From: Nemertoderma westbladi
Taxonomy: Eukaryota > Animalia > Xenacoelomorpha
Direction of reading: 5' to 3'
Length of the DNA: 64,000 bases
NCBI GenBank assembly: GCA_032718475.1
Contig: JAUCBJ010007832.1
Coordinates: forward strand, 3,715-67,714
Each line of letters starts with the position of its first letter. The first letter of the stretch is position 1. Below the pieces are notes generated by a model. It saw only the letters and a list, made by a program, of their open reading frames with translations. It made no database searches and had not been told where the DNA came from. Positions 13,101 to 23,222 of the stretch are shown one piece after another. Position numbers and translations under genes: made by a program.

Positions 13101-16100
13101 CGGACCAAAAAGGAGTTATGTAGTGAACGCCCTCCTTGACTCCGGTAGTACAGGAACATTCATCGACAAAGAGCTAGCCGAAGACATATTTGCTGGACAA
13201 CCCAAGTTCCGAACTAAGCTAAACATGTCAGGAATTATGCAGGTTTGGAAATCTACAGTAACAGCGGATTATTATGTAGGTGTGTTGTCCACCCCCCAGG
13301 ACGAACTAGGAGAACATAGCATAAGGTCAGTGAAAATGGTGGCAATAAAGAACTTCGCTACCACCCAAGTGGAACCTTATAACTGGGATGAGGACGATTT
13401 CACCCAGCAGTTTGAAATACCTAGATTCAACACCGATTACCCTGGAGTCCAAATACTCATCGGTCAAAATGCGCATGAAGCGCTCGAGACATTGGAGAAA
13501 CGGCCTGCTCAACCGCAACCTCTACAAGTTTATGCGGGAAGAACTTGAGTAGGTTGGTACTTTACTGGCCCTTCTCGTAGAACTCTTATGGAAAGATTAC
13601 CAAAAGAACAGGTATATCAATTAAGTGAACGGGAAGTGGAGAGCAGTGAAGTTGATGACCCAACTGAGGGAACACCATACTCCTCAGGTAATGACGATAT
13701 CAACTCCAATGTAGATCAATGGAGACATTGCCCCGAGACGATCAATCTAGCCGACATCGCTTCCAGAGGAGCAACTCCTCAAGAACTTACAGATACTCCA
13801 GACCGGTTAGGTGGACCCGACTTCCTAAGTAAAGAAGATGAATGGCCTCCTCATCTTACCCCGGTGAAGATTAGACAGGCCAAGGGAGCGGAGAAAGTAA
13901 CACAACCACTCAATCGCCCAGCTGGTCGTTTATGTTTACCGGAAAGAGACCGAAAACTGTCCGGAAACTATGGAAGGCAAGATACTCTTCCCACGACCAC
14001 CTCCCTAATCCAACAAATATCTAGGGACTCCATAACGAACAACATACGGAGTGGGTGTGTGACTATATTATTTTATATTTATTTTTATTATTTTATATTA
14101 TGTATGTATTATTATGTAATTTTATTATAATCGTTTTATTTAATTTTATTTAGTAGAATGTTATTTTAGCGATTATTTAGTAGGTTGGTGCAATATATAT
14201 TCGTGTTTATTATTTAATTACTTACATATTATATATTTAGTGCGACGGCGAGAAATAATTCTTTTTCTCTTTCCTTACTGCCCGTATTACATTACGAATA
14301 CGTAACTACAGTAAGATGAAATGTCCGTACTTATTAAAGTACAATAAAGCCACTACTATATTCAAGTATTATTGGTAGGCAGAGTATTAGGAATGCAAAG
14401 TTCAGATCCTCGTGTCTCGGCTAAACCAAGCTCTGGGTAGACCTTGGAAACGACTTGCCTCTTCACACTGACATTGCTTCGTGCGATATTGCTCTCATAC
14501 CGTATATTAAATAATACATATAGTAGCGTGATGTCCCTTTTAACAGTAGCGTAAAACGCAAAAATAAATCTGTTAAACCCTTTGACCATCTGCAATTCTA
14601 GTCGATTAAGATATCGCGGCACCCACCGATATACTTGAAAGACAAAATTCTAGAATCAGTGGTTAACATCCCCAGACGAGTTCTGGAATAAACTGGTGCC
14701 CATCCTAAATATTAATTATTAATATTTACAAAATCTGTCAAATATCAGATCCTTTAAAATTCTAGTCGATTAAGATATCGTAGCACTTACCGATACTCTT
14801 AAAAGGACAAAATTCCTAGAATCAAGGATCCAAGTCCCCAGACACGTTCTGGAATAAAATTGTGTCTATTTAACATTAAATAATAAAATTTACGGGAATA
14901 AATTTAAATTCATATATTTCAATGAATTTAATAAATTGTCATTTTGTACAATTTATAACATTCCCAAAATTCCATTAATTAATAGATCATGGGAGCGGAG
15001 ATTCACTCTATTAAGTGTATCAGTGTGCGAGAACCTCCAATATATAGTCAATAGCCGATAAAATTCATAAAATCATATATAGAGAGGATATTGACAATTA
15101 AAGAATTACTATTAAATAGCATCCCAGATCTGTATGCATGAGAATTACCCTAATTCTACCGCTAGCTTTCCATAATGTCACCATGGCAACAACCACGCTA
15201 GAATTAGAAGTGAGTTAAAAGAACAATAAAGGGCTTGCGCATTGAATAGCATACGGAATAAATAGCACACCGCTAGTATCCAAGGATACATAATAACAAC
15301 GTGACATTCTGGAAGGCACTTGACTAACGGACAAATGACCCGAATGTGTGATAGAATGTGTACCATTTGTGACAGTTACGTGGGATTTGTGCGTTTGTAG
15401 GTGAATGTTACTACTAAGGTGTGTTTACAGTAGCGAGTCGCAATTGTGAAAGTAGCCCTAACTCTCCAGTAAGAACCTGAAGTATATCTAAGCCTTTGGG
15501 ACAGACGGTGGAGTGACTTGTGCTGGTTGTTGTAGTCGTTGTGCAGCTACGACGTTGGCGATAGGCACATCGACGAAAGTACACCAGCGCTGAGGATCTC
15601 GCACTGTCCGGGGGCAGAGAGGGGTAGGCAGCGACGCCCGCTAGCCTAAATATAAACTCATTATAATATTGATAAACTCATATAGCAGATATGACTAAGT
15701 TGATAGAAGATGATCTTGGTATCAGGGAGCGATATACTCTACCTTTACAAGCGTTTGTTGATAGCTTGATACGCGGCGACGCTGGTCCAACTACTACGGA
15801 GGACGATGGTCGTTATATCTAACCGCCAATGTCCCGGAAGCAACTTGCGCGTGGGTTGGACTGTAGAAAATTCACCGCTCGCTATACGCATTGTAATGGT
15901 ACGTATATGGACTTCTTAACTGCTGGTCATCCTATCGACCTACACAATACGAACGATATAGACACCAAAAGGGAAACGGTTTTATTTAAATATCATACCC
16001 AGCGGAAGCGGAACGATAAACTGAGACTCGAACACGAAAATTCTATTCTAAACCGACTCGAAAGTGCAGATGTTGAAGAGCCGGATAAACGCAGCGACTT

Positions 16101-19100
16101 CACCAAATACCTGGAACTCTTGAGAGAAACCTATCTCGATATTACCAGTCAACAGAATCTAGAAACTCGATATCCTCAAGGTATACATCATGACCGCATG
16201 GTAGAACTCAAACGGCTCTATTCCACTATGATGTATCTTACCGCCGATCGACCGCTACCTGTTGTACCGGATAGCTTCGAACAGATGGGGGAATATTGTA
16301 AGCTGGAGAAAGATCACTCGCGTTTCCCCTACAAGACGTGCGTTTTTGGTATTATTGAGATGAATGTCCAAGACCCAACCAACAAACGGAAAGACATAAA
16401 CATCCGCGGAGACGTTGCTTTAAACACGGTTTTACTCGCTATATTTACGGGAGTTTCGAGCGAAACTTGTTCGATGTATCACCTGCGCTCGTTCGACTCA
16501 GACGATCCTTAAATAAACCAATGATCAGAGTTTCGGAATGCTCGATTGGAACTCCTCATTCCCTGGTGGGACTTCAGACTCTTGATCCTATTGGTGTGAC
16601 GGATCCTCCCGAGCTGTGCTCGCTGCTCGAAGATCTGGTGTTGCCTGAGCAGTTAGTCGGTGGCACCCCGGTTGTGGGCTTCCTGGATATTAGCCCATTC
16701 TGCCTGGCCGGATTGGGACGCGGACATTTGATGTCGCCGTTTAGCCCTTGCCATCGTCCCGGCTTAACACGATATAACCTGTCACCAAAGTGGCGGAGAA
16801 CGTTGTACCAAACGAGTTAAACGCTATTCTACAAAGATCAGAAAGGAAACCTGCGTTTGTTCAGATAAACGTAAGTTGTAACAGCAAGAACTTAGACAAG
16901 GGTTGTCTAAGTTCGATATCTTCTTAGAGATTCTGGATTTCACAATCGAACTGAGATAAAGACAATTCGTTTATCGCATGGATAAACGAATTGTCTTTAT
17001 CTCAGTTCGATTGTGAAATCCAGAATCTCTAAGAAGATATCGAACTTAGACAACCCCATTCTCTGCGAGAGTTTTTGGATGAACGTATCCAGCTACGAGC
17101 GGAGGAAAATCAGCTCGAGGAGAAGCATATCGAAACGGCGGATACCCCGACCATAATCCTACACCTTCTGATGCAATCATATTGCACCCTTCATCCAGGA
17201 TTGATAGCCCTCCTAGTAAAGTGGCTCGCTCCAAAGAGAAAAGGACTCTTGCTAGCCTCAAAAAACTGCGTAAACGCCGTCTGCGTAAGAAAGACTAACT
17301 GTTTAGAGTATCTTTATATTTTAGAAACTGTGATTTGTTATATTTTATAGACTTAAATCCCATTTTCTGGGAGCGGTGTAAAAGCTTTTGCGTAATTAGC
17401 CGGTTATTTTCCCCGTAAAGTACTCTGTAGTTGGTTTACCAGGCATAAAAGGGCCGTGTCCTTACTGTACTGGTGTTTTAGAGGACATAAAAGTCATTTC
17501 TTCTGTATGTGTACTTTAGAGGACATAATCCGCAATTTCGTGACGCAATAAGCTGGATCCTCTTGAAAACAGTGTCGCTACCATGACGACGGCTAACAGC
17601 TGATATTGCCACGTCGAACATTTCTTTGTTCTTTGTTCTCTCTTTGTTCGGTCGACCAATCAGAGCGTTTTTTGACTCTGTGTTGGAGGTTGGATACAGA
17701 AACTCAGTAATTCAGTGTATATGTTTTTGCCCAGAGCCTAAGAACACCGGCTTTTGGCACCTCCGTGTTTCAGTCTTTAGCTTAACATTAGTAGGCTTAA
17801 TTATAGAACGTATATCTGTTATCTAAACATATCATGCATATCTTACTTAACATTACTGCTTTTGCTGTCGGTTATTCATTATATTTGTTGATGGAAGATT
17901 ATATTTGGAATACTGATCAATAGTCAGACACCCCAATCTTCTTGATATACTAAAGGTTAGAGAGACCGGTTACATATAAACGATTGCGACTTATGTTAAG
18001 TGGTGTGAAGTGAATCTAATGCTATTTTATAGGCCCTACATGTATTGTCTGTTATTCTCTTTGTATGTGACTAAAATTAGTGAAGGTCGGCAGATTGGTG
18101 TGCAGCATTGTGCAGCATTGTGTATGATTGTGACTGATAACAAAGCATCTCCTAAAGAATGCGCCATATACGTGAATCTATAGCCATCTCATTGCGTCTG
18201 GTTTAAGTCATAACTCTGTTTACATATTTAGAGCGCCACGTCCTAAAGGAACTGTTAATATTTCCCGAAAGTGAATAATATTTGTCAGAGATTATATATT
18301 GCGATCAGTCGAATAATACAGTAGGCTTACACCATCAATCATTAAGCTTCCGAATTCAGTCTCCCGGGTATATCCAGCGGGTGAATGATTGCGCATAGAC
18401 TGGCTTCGGCTAATGTAGTGTATCAAATACTCGTCATAGGCTAAAGACTATCTATCATCTAAAAGACATCCTAATTTGGCAGGTTAAACTGTCAAAGGTC
18501 TTAAAAGCGCAAACAACAGTGTTCTTGATCCTCGTGGCTTTATTTTCACTGACTCACTAACGTTCGTTCGTGTAACAAAGCCAATCGGATCATCACACTG
18601 TAAAGAGCTACTTTACACACAAGTATGTAATTAGTTATTACAGCACAAGCTAAAGGGTTAAGGACCCGTAAATAACTTTGAGTTGAGATGCTGTCAATAT
18701 ATCAAGGTGCTGTAAGTTAAGATGCTGTCGGAGGTTTGGTGGTTTGGCGAATTATTGGAAATACTGTAGTGGTTCCCTATTCCCCACGCGCGTCCCTCGT
18801 GTAATAGTATTTGATGCGTAACATATTGTTGCGTACATACTGCTAGCTTGCTGAATTAGGGAAGTACATGTTATCATAATAAATATGGCCATTTTTTTTT
18901 GTGTAGTATCTGCAACCATATTAGTAAATGTCATAACGAATATGTAATTATTTGGGCTTCAAATAGTCATTCATTCAGATGATTAATTTGGCGTTGTTAT
19001 GGTAATACTATTTATTATAGTTTCGCTATTAATAATTAATAAATTAAGTTTTCTTGCCAGGGAATTCTTCGTTTTGGTTTGTTTTAATTCTGTGGGTACA

Positions 19101-19333
19101 GCTCAATTATAATGTTAACATACACGTTCGTGGGGCGTCGCGCAGCACGCGAATGGCAAAAAAATCAATGTGATCTGGAGTGAAAAGTTCGAGAGGTATT
19201 TGCCCGTAACTTTAAAATATATTGGAACTTTTTCTCTAGTATGCCCATACAAAATTCGGTTGAAAATTGTTAAAATCTTAAAAAGGTATTTACGAATGAA
19301 TTTTTCATTACAGACGGACAGACGGACAGACGG

Positions 19334-19368
<35 letters not shown>

Positions 19369-22300
19369 GACATGAAATTTTGGCCTATTTACTAATTATA
19401 ATTGTGCGCTAAGGCTCGCCTTTACTGCGTGGCTCGCCCCACAGTGGAACGTACAGCAAATTAATTGCACAGATAGGTGACGTTCATTACTATCTATATT
19501 TTATTTATCTTGAAGTTTTCGAAGTTCCCACCCGATTTGTATAAATAAGTCAACTGTATATTGCTAACAGGCGACATCTTCCGGGCCTAGCCCGTAGCTC
19601 CACTTTACTGGAGAACCGCGTACGCAGTCAGGCAGTGTGAGGCCCTCAAATCAGGATAAATAATAGGCCTATGCGGGAGCGAAACCAACCCATTACTGCA
19701 TTACTATTACCACCACGCTGTAAGGCCGCACCAAAGTACTGCGCAGCTTCTCGCTATTATTTGGAGGAATTTGTCTTAGTATTGTTAAGATTGCCATAGT
19801 TTTAGTAAGAATAATGTAAACCAAGAATGAAACACTTAAATTTTTTGATTAATTTCTACCACCTTGTTGTAATTTGTAGAGCCCCACCTCCATCAACGTG
19901 TTAGTATTACGTAGTAAAATATTAAGTTTGTAACAAACTAAAAGGTATTTTATTTCTTTGATTTCAATAATAAATTGATAATAATTTAGTGTTAATTAAT
20001 TGTTTTTATCAATAACATGTGTATGTGGACATTTATGAATTGGAATATGACAATATCGAGAGTTTCAATATTCTATGGGAATCAGATTCCTGTGGATAAT
20101 AATTATGTTAGCAGAACTTGACGTCTAAACCTTGTGGCATACTCTTGAAATCCGATAGTCCTTGAGGAATTCCTGCTCTCCGATTATCAAATACTGGCTA
20201 AAATCGTATAGAATTACATAAATTCCCCCATATACATTAAAAAGTCAGAGCGAATACTATTAATTTTATATGCTTTGAAATAATTTTATCATCAAATCCA
20301 TTGCGACATTGTGTTTCTTTCAATGCTATTTATTATTCAGTTTATCTAATCCTAATGCAATACGTTGACAGTTTTCCAGTTTGCTGTTGATTTGCAACAA
20401 AAGGAGTTAATGTGGAGGATCGTTCGATAAATACAAATATTTAGAAGCGTAGCGCTCAATATAAAAAAATACAAACCTAGCCAGTCCATGACGATGGTTT
20501 CAAGCTCAGTGGCGGCGGGACACGCAGCCCAGGTGAAGCCAATACAGTTGATGGTGCTGCCCAACATTTCCCCGAGCAATGAGGGGAATGATGTGAGTGC
20601 AGGGAAGTAGGCGTGCATTCGTGGAGATTGCCAATGTGTTACCTAGTCAGATAGAAACAAACCTAATCATTAATCAATCCCGTTGGACCTTAGAGACTAT
20701 AGCGGGAATATGGCAGTACTTTCATGAAGCATCGTGATAAACTCAAAAGAACATTTTATTAGCTAAAAGCGACATAATAAAACAGTAATAATTTATTAAG
20801 CAATAGAACTTAGGATGATCCAACTTCTATAGCAAATGGAACGGGAAAAATTAATTCGCCACCAGCGGGGATCGAGCCCGCGTCTCCCGATAAACGTTCA
20901 GGTATGCTAATGGAGGCTTAATGAGTGGCTTCGTATTAACAGGTCGCATTATTATAAGGGTGTAGGCCTATTATATTGCCAAATTTGTAGATAGAGTGTC
21001 TTGTTAATTTACCAGATGTTTCATGAATGTCTGACCCCCCACTTTTCCTCCCACAAGACATGATCTTGTTATACAGTAACAGTTGCCAGTACAACTTGTG
21101 CCTGCTTTTTAGGAGTATCACACGATTTTGGAACTAGATTGTTATCGAGGGTGCACATGTACTGTACAATGCCTCATTTGTTAAAAGAAGCTTGCAGTAG
21201 TGCAAGCTTGGCGTGAAACACATCTTGGAGATTTGGGGAACTAATATAAATATATAAAATTTATTGATCAATTATAATTTCAATGATTATATAACTATAA
21301 CAGAAAACTGGAGTCCGGACAATTGCGACGCGGACAATTGCGACCCGGACAATTGCGACCCGGTCAATTGCGACCCGGATAATTGCGACCCGGTCAATTG
21401 CGACCCATCAATTTTTTCCAAAATCATGGGTCGCAATTGACCGGGTCGCAATTGTCCGGATCCAGATAAAATGATGTAATGTATATCATTGATAAATATC
21501 ATTGTATATCATTGACAATTGGGACCCGGACAATTGCGACCCATAATTTTTATTTAAAACATGGGTCGCAATTTACCGGGTCCCAATTGTCAATGATATA
21601 CAATGATATTTATCAATGATATACATTACATCATTTTATCTGGATCCGGACAATTGCGACCCGGACAAATGCGACCCGGTCAATTGCGACCCATCAATTT
21701 TTTCCAAAATCATGCGTCGCAATTGACCGGTTCGCAGTTGTCCGGGTCGCAATTTTCCAGGTCGCAATTGTCCTAACATCCAGAAAACTACCGGTACTGG
21801 GGCTACTACAAATGGGTAGTACGATCTTGGACAGTAAAGGAGAGCCTTCCAGTCTACCTGAGTCTCTATTGTTGTCGAAATCGTTTCTTCCAGGTCAAGT
21901 ATCCCTTTCAAATTGGTCTATATAAGTCATAGCCGGTCAGAATGCCTGCCTTGTGTTGATTGCCACAAAAGTAGGTCTGGTCTGACCTCATATTTACTCT
22001 TCCAGCAGCGTTTGTCATGATTTTCCCCAGCTGATATTTAGTGCTATTTAGTGCTTAGTAGACTTGTTTAGCAACGACCAATTCGTTGTTCAAGTGATTT
22101 TGTCAGTGTCCGGGTCTCACCCCCGTAGTAAAGTACACTTTCCACTATGGCTCGAAAGAACTTAGTCTTCAGGTGCCTGGAGAGATCTGATTTCCAGATG
22201 GTATCCATTTTTGATAGAGCTCCCCATGCCTTTACTTTCCTAACTTCTATGTCTTTTTTGCTACTCTCTATCCCTGACCCAAGGTACTGGAAGTCGTCAA

Positions 22301-23222
22301 TATTTTTAGTTGTTAAACGTTTTAATATTAATTAGTGAAGTGAGTTAAGTAAAAAAAACCTTACCGGTAGGTTTGAACAGCATTTGGTTCCACAATTTAA
22401 ATACTAATAAAGACTTAGACAGTTGCATACAATTAGTGATTAGCTGACGGCTGTTCACTGAAAGAGGGAAAGGGCAGTGCAATAAAGAGTGTAAAATAAC
22501 TAGCCACCAGGAAGCACCACTACAAATATGCGATAGCCAGCAGCTAGTCTTAGGTTAGTTTAATCTGCTCTATATTTCTCCCCAAAGGTAAGAAATATAT
22601 AGATAGACCTACTACATAACATCTAATCTTTGTTTAACATTTAACGGGGCGATATAAAACTCTTGCACAACCATTATTTAACTAATAAACCTCTCTCGGT
22701 ATAATAGGACCTAGACGTGTATTTGATTATAGGTTATATTGTATTGTCGAACACTATCCTCAATGTACTTGTGATAGTTTTTAAAATCTATAGAGCTATC
22801 TAAATAGAGCTAGCTAGGCATAAAGTTATTCTATATATTTTATATATTATATAAGTATATCAATGACTGACATTTACCGTTTACTTGAGTTATATAACTT
22901 ACTCCCGGCATAATAACCCGTTCTATATCAGAGAATATATTTGGCCAACTGTCACCCTCGTATGGTGCTTTATCCGGGAGCAGTTTCGACATGTATCCAG
23001 GTTTAACGTCAGGGTAAACATGACGCTTATCTATGGTGTCCATGTAATTCGCTATATAATCGACCATTTCTTTACCTGAAAATATATATATATATAATAG
23101 TCTCAGAAACCTGTCTTGCAGATGTCTGTCTGTCATGATAATACGAAACTAACGATACATTTTACCACGACGTAAGCCAGTATATTATTCTTACCTCTCT
23201 TCCTAAATTCTTTCGAATCCAT
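1001..23222 (-). CDS. HDC: Histidine decarboxylase (PLP-dependent group II decarboxylase), multi-exon, 3'-partial; seven coding exons in the window
   Basis: Exons 23195-23222, 22903-23075, 20477-20642, 4480-4688, 3544-3754, 3245-3407 and 1001-1196 join with GT..AG introns and compatible phases (1,0,1,0,1,2). Motifs: [45 protein letters not shown]-lysine motif NPSKW (Ser as in HDC; DDC has NPHKW), [18 protein letters not shown]. The C-terminal exons were not found in the window. Confidence 0.9.
2131..3253. repeat. 45-bp minisatellite (about 25 copies) that includes the HDC exon 6 donor site
   Basis: Unit ACTCTATGATCTCATTGGTGAGGACTTACCACATTGCATTATCTT; the last unit overlaps the exon 6/intron boundary. 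Confidence 0.95.
3245..3407 (-). CDS. HDC: HDC coding exon 6 ([10 protein letters not shown]...[16 protein letters not shown])
   Basis: Acceptor CAG, donor GTAAGT; contains the PLP-binding lysine. Confidence 0.92.
3544..3754 (-). CDS. HDC: HDC coding exon 5 (AHSSVEKA...[21 protein letters not shown])
   Basis: Acceptor TTAG, donor GTTAGT. Confidence 0.9.
4480..4688 (-). CDS. HDC: HDC coding exon 4 (AKAISLP...[13 protein letters not shown]...LVAYCSDQ)
   Basis: Acceptor ACAG, donor GTGGGT; phase fits exon 3 across a 15.8-kb intron. Confidence 0.9.
4880..5455. repeat. Dispersed non-coding repeat (probable non-autonomous DNA transposon); inverted relative at about 56035-56720
   Basis: Shared blocks such as CTCGGTAAATAAAATGCCTCGAG, CCCCATGTAATAAAT and GCATCGACGTAGAAAAGGTTTGCAAGTAATTTG appear as reverse complements near 56040-56580; boundaries approximate. 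Confidence 0.65.
5640..6151. repeat. Left part of a dispersed repeat/fold-back interrupted by LTR element 1; it continues at 18521-18680
   Basis: 6068-6151 is an inverted copy of about 18595-18679; 5640-6010 and 18520-18630 match 28500-29115 on the opposite strand. Confidence 0.7.
6152..7290 (+). repeat. 5' LTR of element 1
   Basis: Direct repeat of 17377-18515; I counted about 5 substitutions by eye; conserved CCAATCAGAG near 6432. Confidence 0.95.
7291..7301 (+). promoter_or_regulatory. Non-tRNA primer-binding site ATAACAGATAT, complementary to LTR 6587-6597
   Basis: Directly abuts the LTR end; no TGG; exact reverse complement of ATATCTGTTAT in its own LTR. Confidence 0.75.
9484..13548 (+). 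CDS. BEL/Pao Gag-protease polyprotein (copy 1), ending at a premature TGA; the frame continues into the RNase H and integrase remnant at 13549-14040
   Basis: [11 protein letters not shown]...[11 protein letters not shown] (DUF1759-like Gag); three Cys/His knuckles ([40 protein letters not shown]); aspartic protease LLDSGS...QILIG; TGA at 13546 where copy 2 has AGA. Confidence 0.88.
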   Translation: MSDTKQTLSDSLLESARMSVRQGLKKIWDSAKSIERLRPKSKSPPTVSKVIPTVVISEPRLVQHRRSIIGTRAQVKRDQEAAEQQQPTSQEFIPQRPDSSSSEDTVELTPERGAKMTDAVYSDPLLILPAAVLTRILIAVEEHQIDWARSQRSTKDSYAGYTWEELKSIVESQWNFPGPGLPFDLSEAAWEDIHRMGVTKETVDPAVWKRSAAGYVQGFFSSMERLEKQLFQQPQGPQEQGQLLYQVRERILRIRLILLAFEEASKRRQDTSLQVAVKTWFQQVSLQVQGTTQWKAQLDERSTHGESTDATFSQVESEAMAEKPHKRDAIDIYLSDYQRFVGDEELRRRLEGLSPNSEGAQRVLDAIDVDRLAANQAKFNESIRIAKVQEEQVKKKRIEDRKTAAAAGAAAEAERKIAVAEAERRASEETTQLELENLQEKQDNFSKQLTASNMQMMNRSTPKRQGYTSSEEGDTTDTEGKGNRSRLSRRKRTSHRQKLPDLPPAVRRQLNNTNLGSTEPTDQIITIERLPTIVDEPEIIRPVLEITPSVIETPVLPEPTSKFPLHSTKLPVPSRTAHETVHVLDSERNIHDLSPVVPRPPATTLATPASAVEWVDERRRGMDLLLGQMQETVQQFKGTVRESRLELQEVQQSIALERDKLVNTQKGIPPPSVTMCQPVRSEVSHAQGVEPTRIYTASEVETPIVNPIKGDYRPVDNDIPYRPDHNPRNLYTDNSILNNTMAQESFTRQMARTEARQAVKVGEIVKFNGDEMKWLPFNEYYKDNIQNSVLSNGEKLRFLIECLEGSPKLMALKFIGHPDGLRQVWDTLNIRYGNRNNIARYLYAKLMVPRKFLSSGIIEFSDEIQEICRQLDWLGKSHEYQNSMVVGALASTLPKGGVGTRWDKKVLYMMEQQRRDPTMADLMSFLDGEVKLQLLRQSREKTPENKVSEKPVSRRRVIPVCYTDDGESQASQEEDSGKDTERSYYDNKILKDVSKFKSRTNDRREQVRKTPPTSPKRIHVRNPEERTNVHHTAHVKVSNVKPKCVLCDGPHRLNACDEFLRKSLKDRREVMWDKRLCYNCLRRGHQRRTCYSDARCAKCGAKHHILLHTEFERNSPSQVSDSELHVQFSDVNDTDQSEMEGFYTDEFSDENESCYMINTAVYRALTYEKDTESDLTLTTSDRQPSWKAPTSNVGIREFPVVRIRVHGPKRSYVVNALLDSGSTGTFIDKELAEDIFAGQPKFRTKLNMSGIMQVWKSTVTADYYVGVLSTPQDELGEHSIRSVKMVAIKNFATTQVEPYNWDEDDFTQQFEIPRFNTDYPGVQILIGQNAHEALETLEKRPAQPQPLQVYAGRT
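15691..17298 (+). pseudogene. Accessory 3' ORF of element 1, disrupted
   Basis: Homologous N-terminus ([29 protein letters not shown]) and C-terminus ([11 protein letters not shown]...[12 protein letters not shown]) to the copy-2 ORF; TAA at 15820; foreign and inverted sequence around 16510-17060. Confidence 0.7.
16900..17056. repeat. Perfect 76-bp inverted repeat with a 5-nt loop (GCATG)
   Basis: 16900-16975 is the reverse complement of 16981-17056. Confidence 0.9.
17377..18515 (+). repeat. 3' LTR of element 1
   Basis: Direct repeat of 6152-7290, preceded by CTGGGAGCGG and followed by TSD ACAGT. Confidence 0.95.
19122..19443. mobile_element. Short non-autonomous element, DINE-1/Helentron-associated-like; relative at about 60874-61381
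   Basis: Starts TTCGTGGGGCG...GCGCAGCACG, ends GCTAAGGCT...CGTGGCTCGCCCCACA (GTGGGGCG/CGCCCCAC inverted motif), internal (GACR)n microsatellite; the classification is inferred. Confidence 0.5.
20477..20642 (-). CDS. HDC: HDC coding exon 3 (VTHWQSP...[11 protein letters not shown])
   Basis: Acceptor CTAG, donor GTTTGT; conserved [14 protein letters not shown]. Confidence 0.9.
21310..21772. repeat. Fold-back element built from 15-bp CGGACAATTGCGACC repeats, with a nested palindrome of about 115-bp arms
   Basis: Tandem 15-mers in both orientations; arms at about 21428-21543 and 21561-21680 around an AT-rich loop. Confidence 0.8.
21790..22300 (-). mobile_element. RTE-like LINE 3' fragment (RT C-terminal region)
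   Basis: Minus-strand peptides [32 protein letters not shown]-like; near-identical block with 31010-31110. Confidence 0.7.
22903..23075 (-). CDS. HDC: HDC coding exon 2 ([10 protein letters not shown]...IERVIMPG)
   Basis: Acceptor TTCAG, donor GTAAGT; lies within ORF 22840..23136. Confidence 0.9.
23195..23222 (-). CDS. HDC: HDC coding exon 1 ([10 protein letters not shown])
   Basis: ATG at 23222-23220; donor GTAAG at 23194-23190; typical N-terminus of the DDC/HDC family. Confidence 0.85.

Larger units (their letters stand above)
6152..18515 (+). mobile_element. BEL/Pao-type LTR retrotransposon, copy 1; non-autonomous (Gag-protease only); inside HDC intron 3 and antisense to HDC
   Basis: 1139-bp LTRs (TGT...ACA); 5-bp TSD ACAGT (6147-6151 and 18516-18520); PPT-like GGGAGCGG before the 3' LTR; Pao-type Gag/protease; no RT or integrase core. 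Confidence 0.93.
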
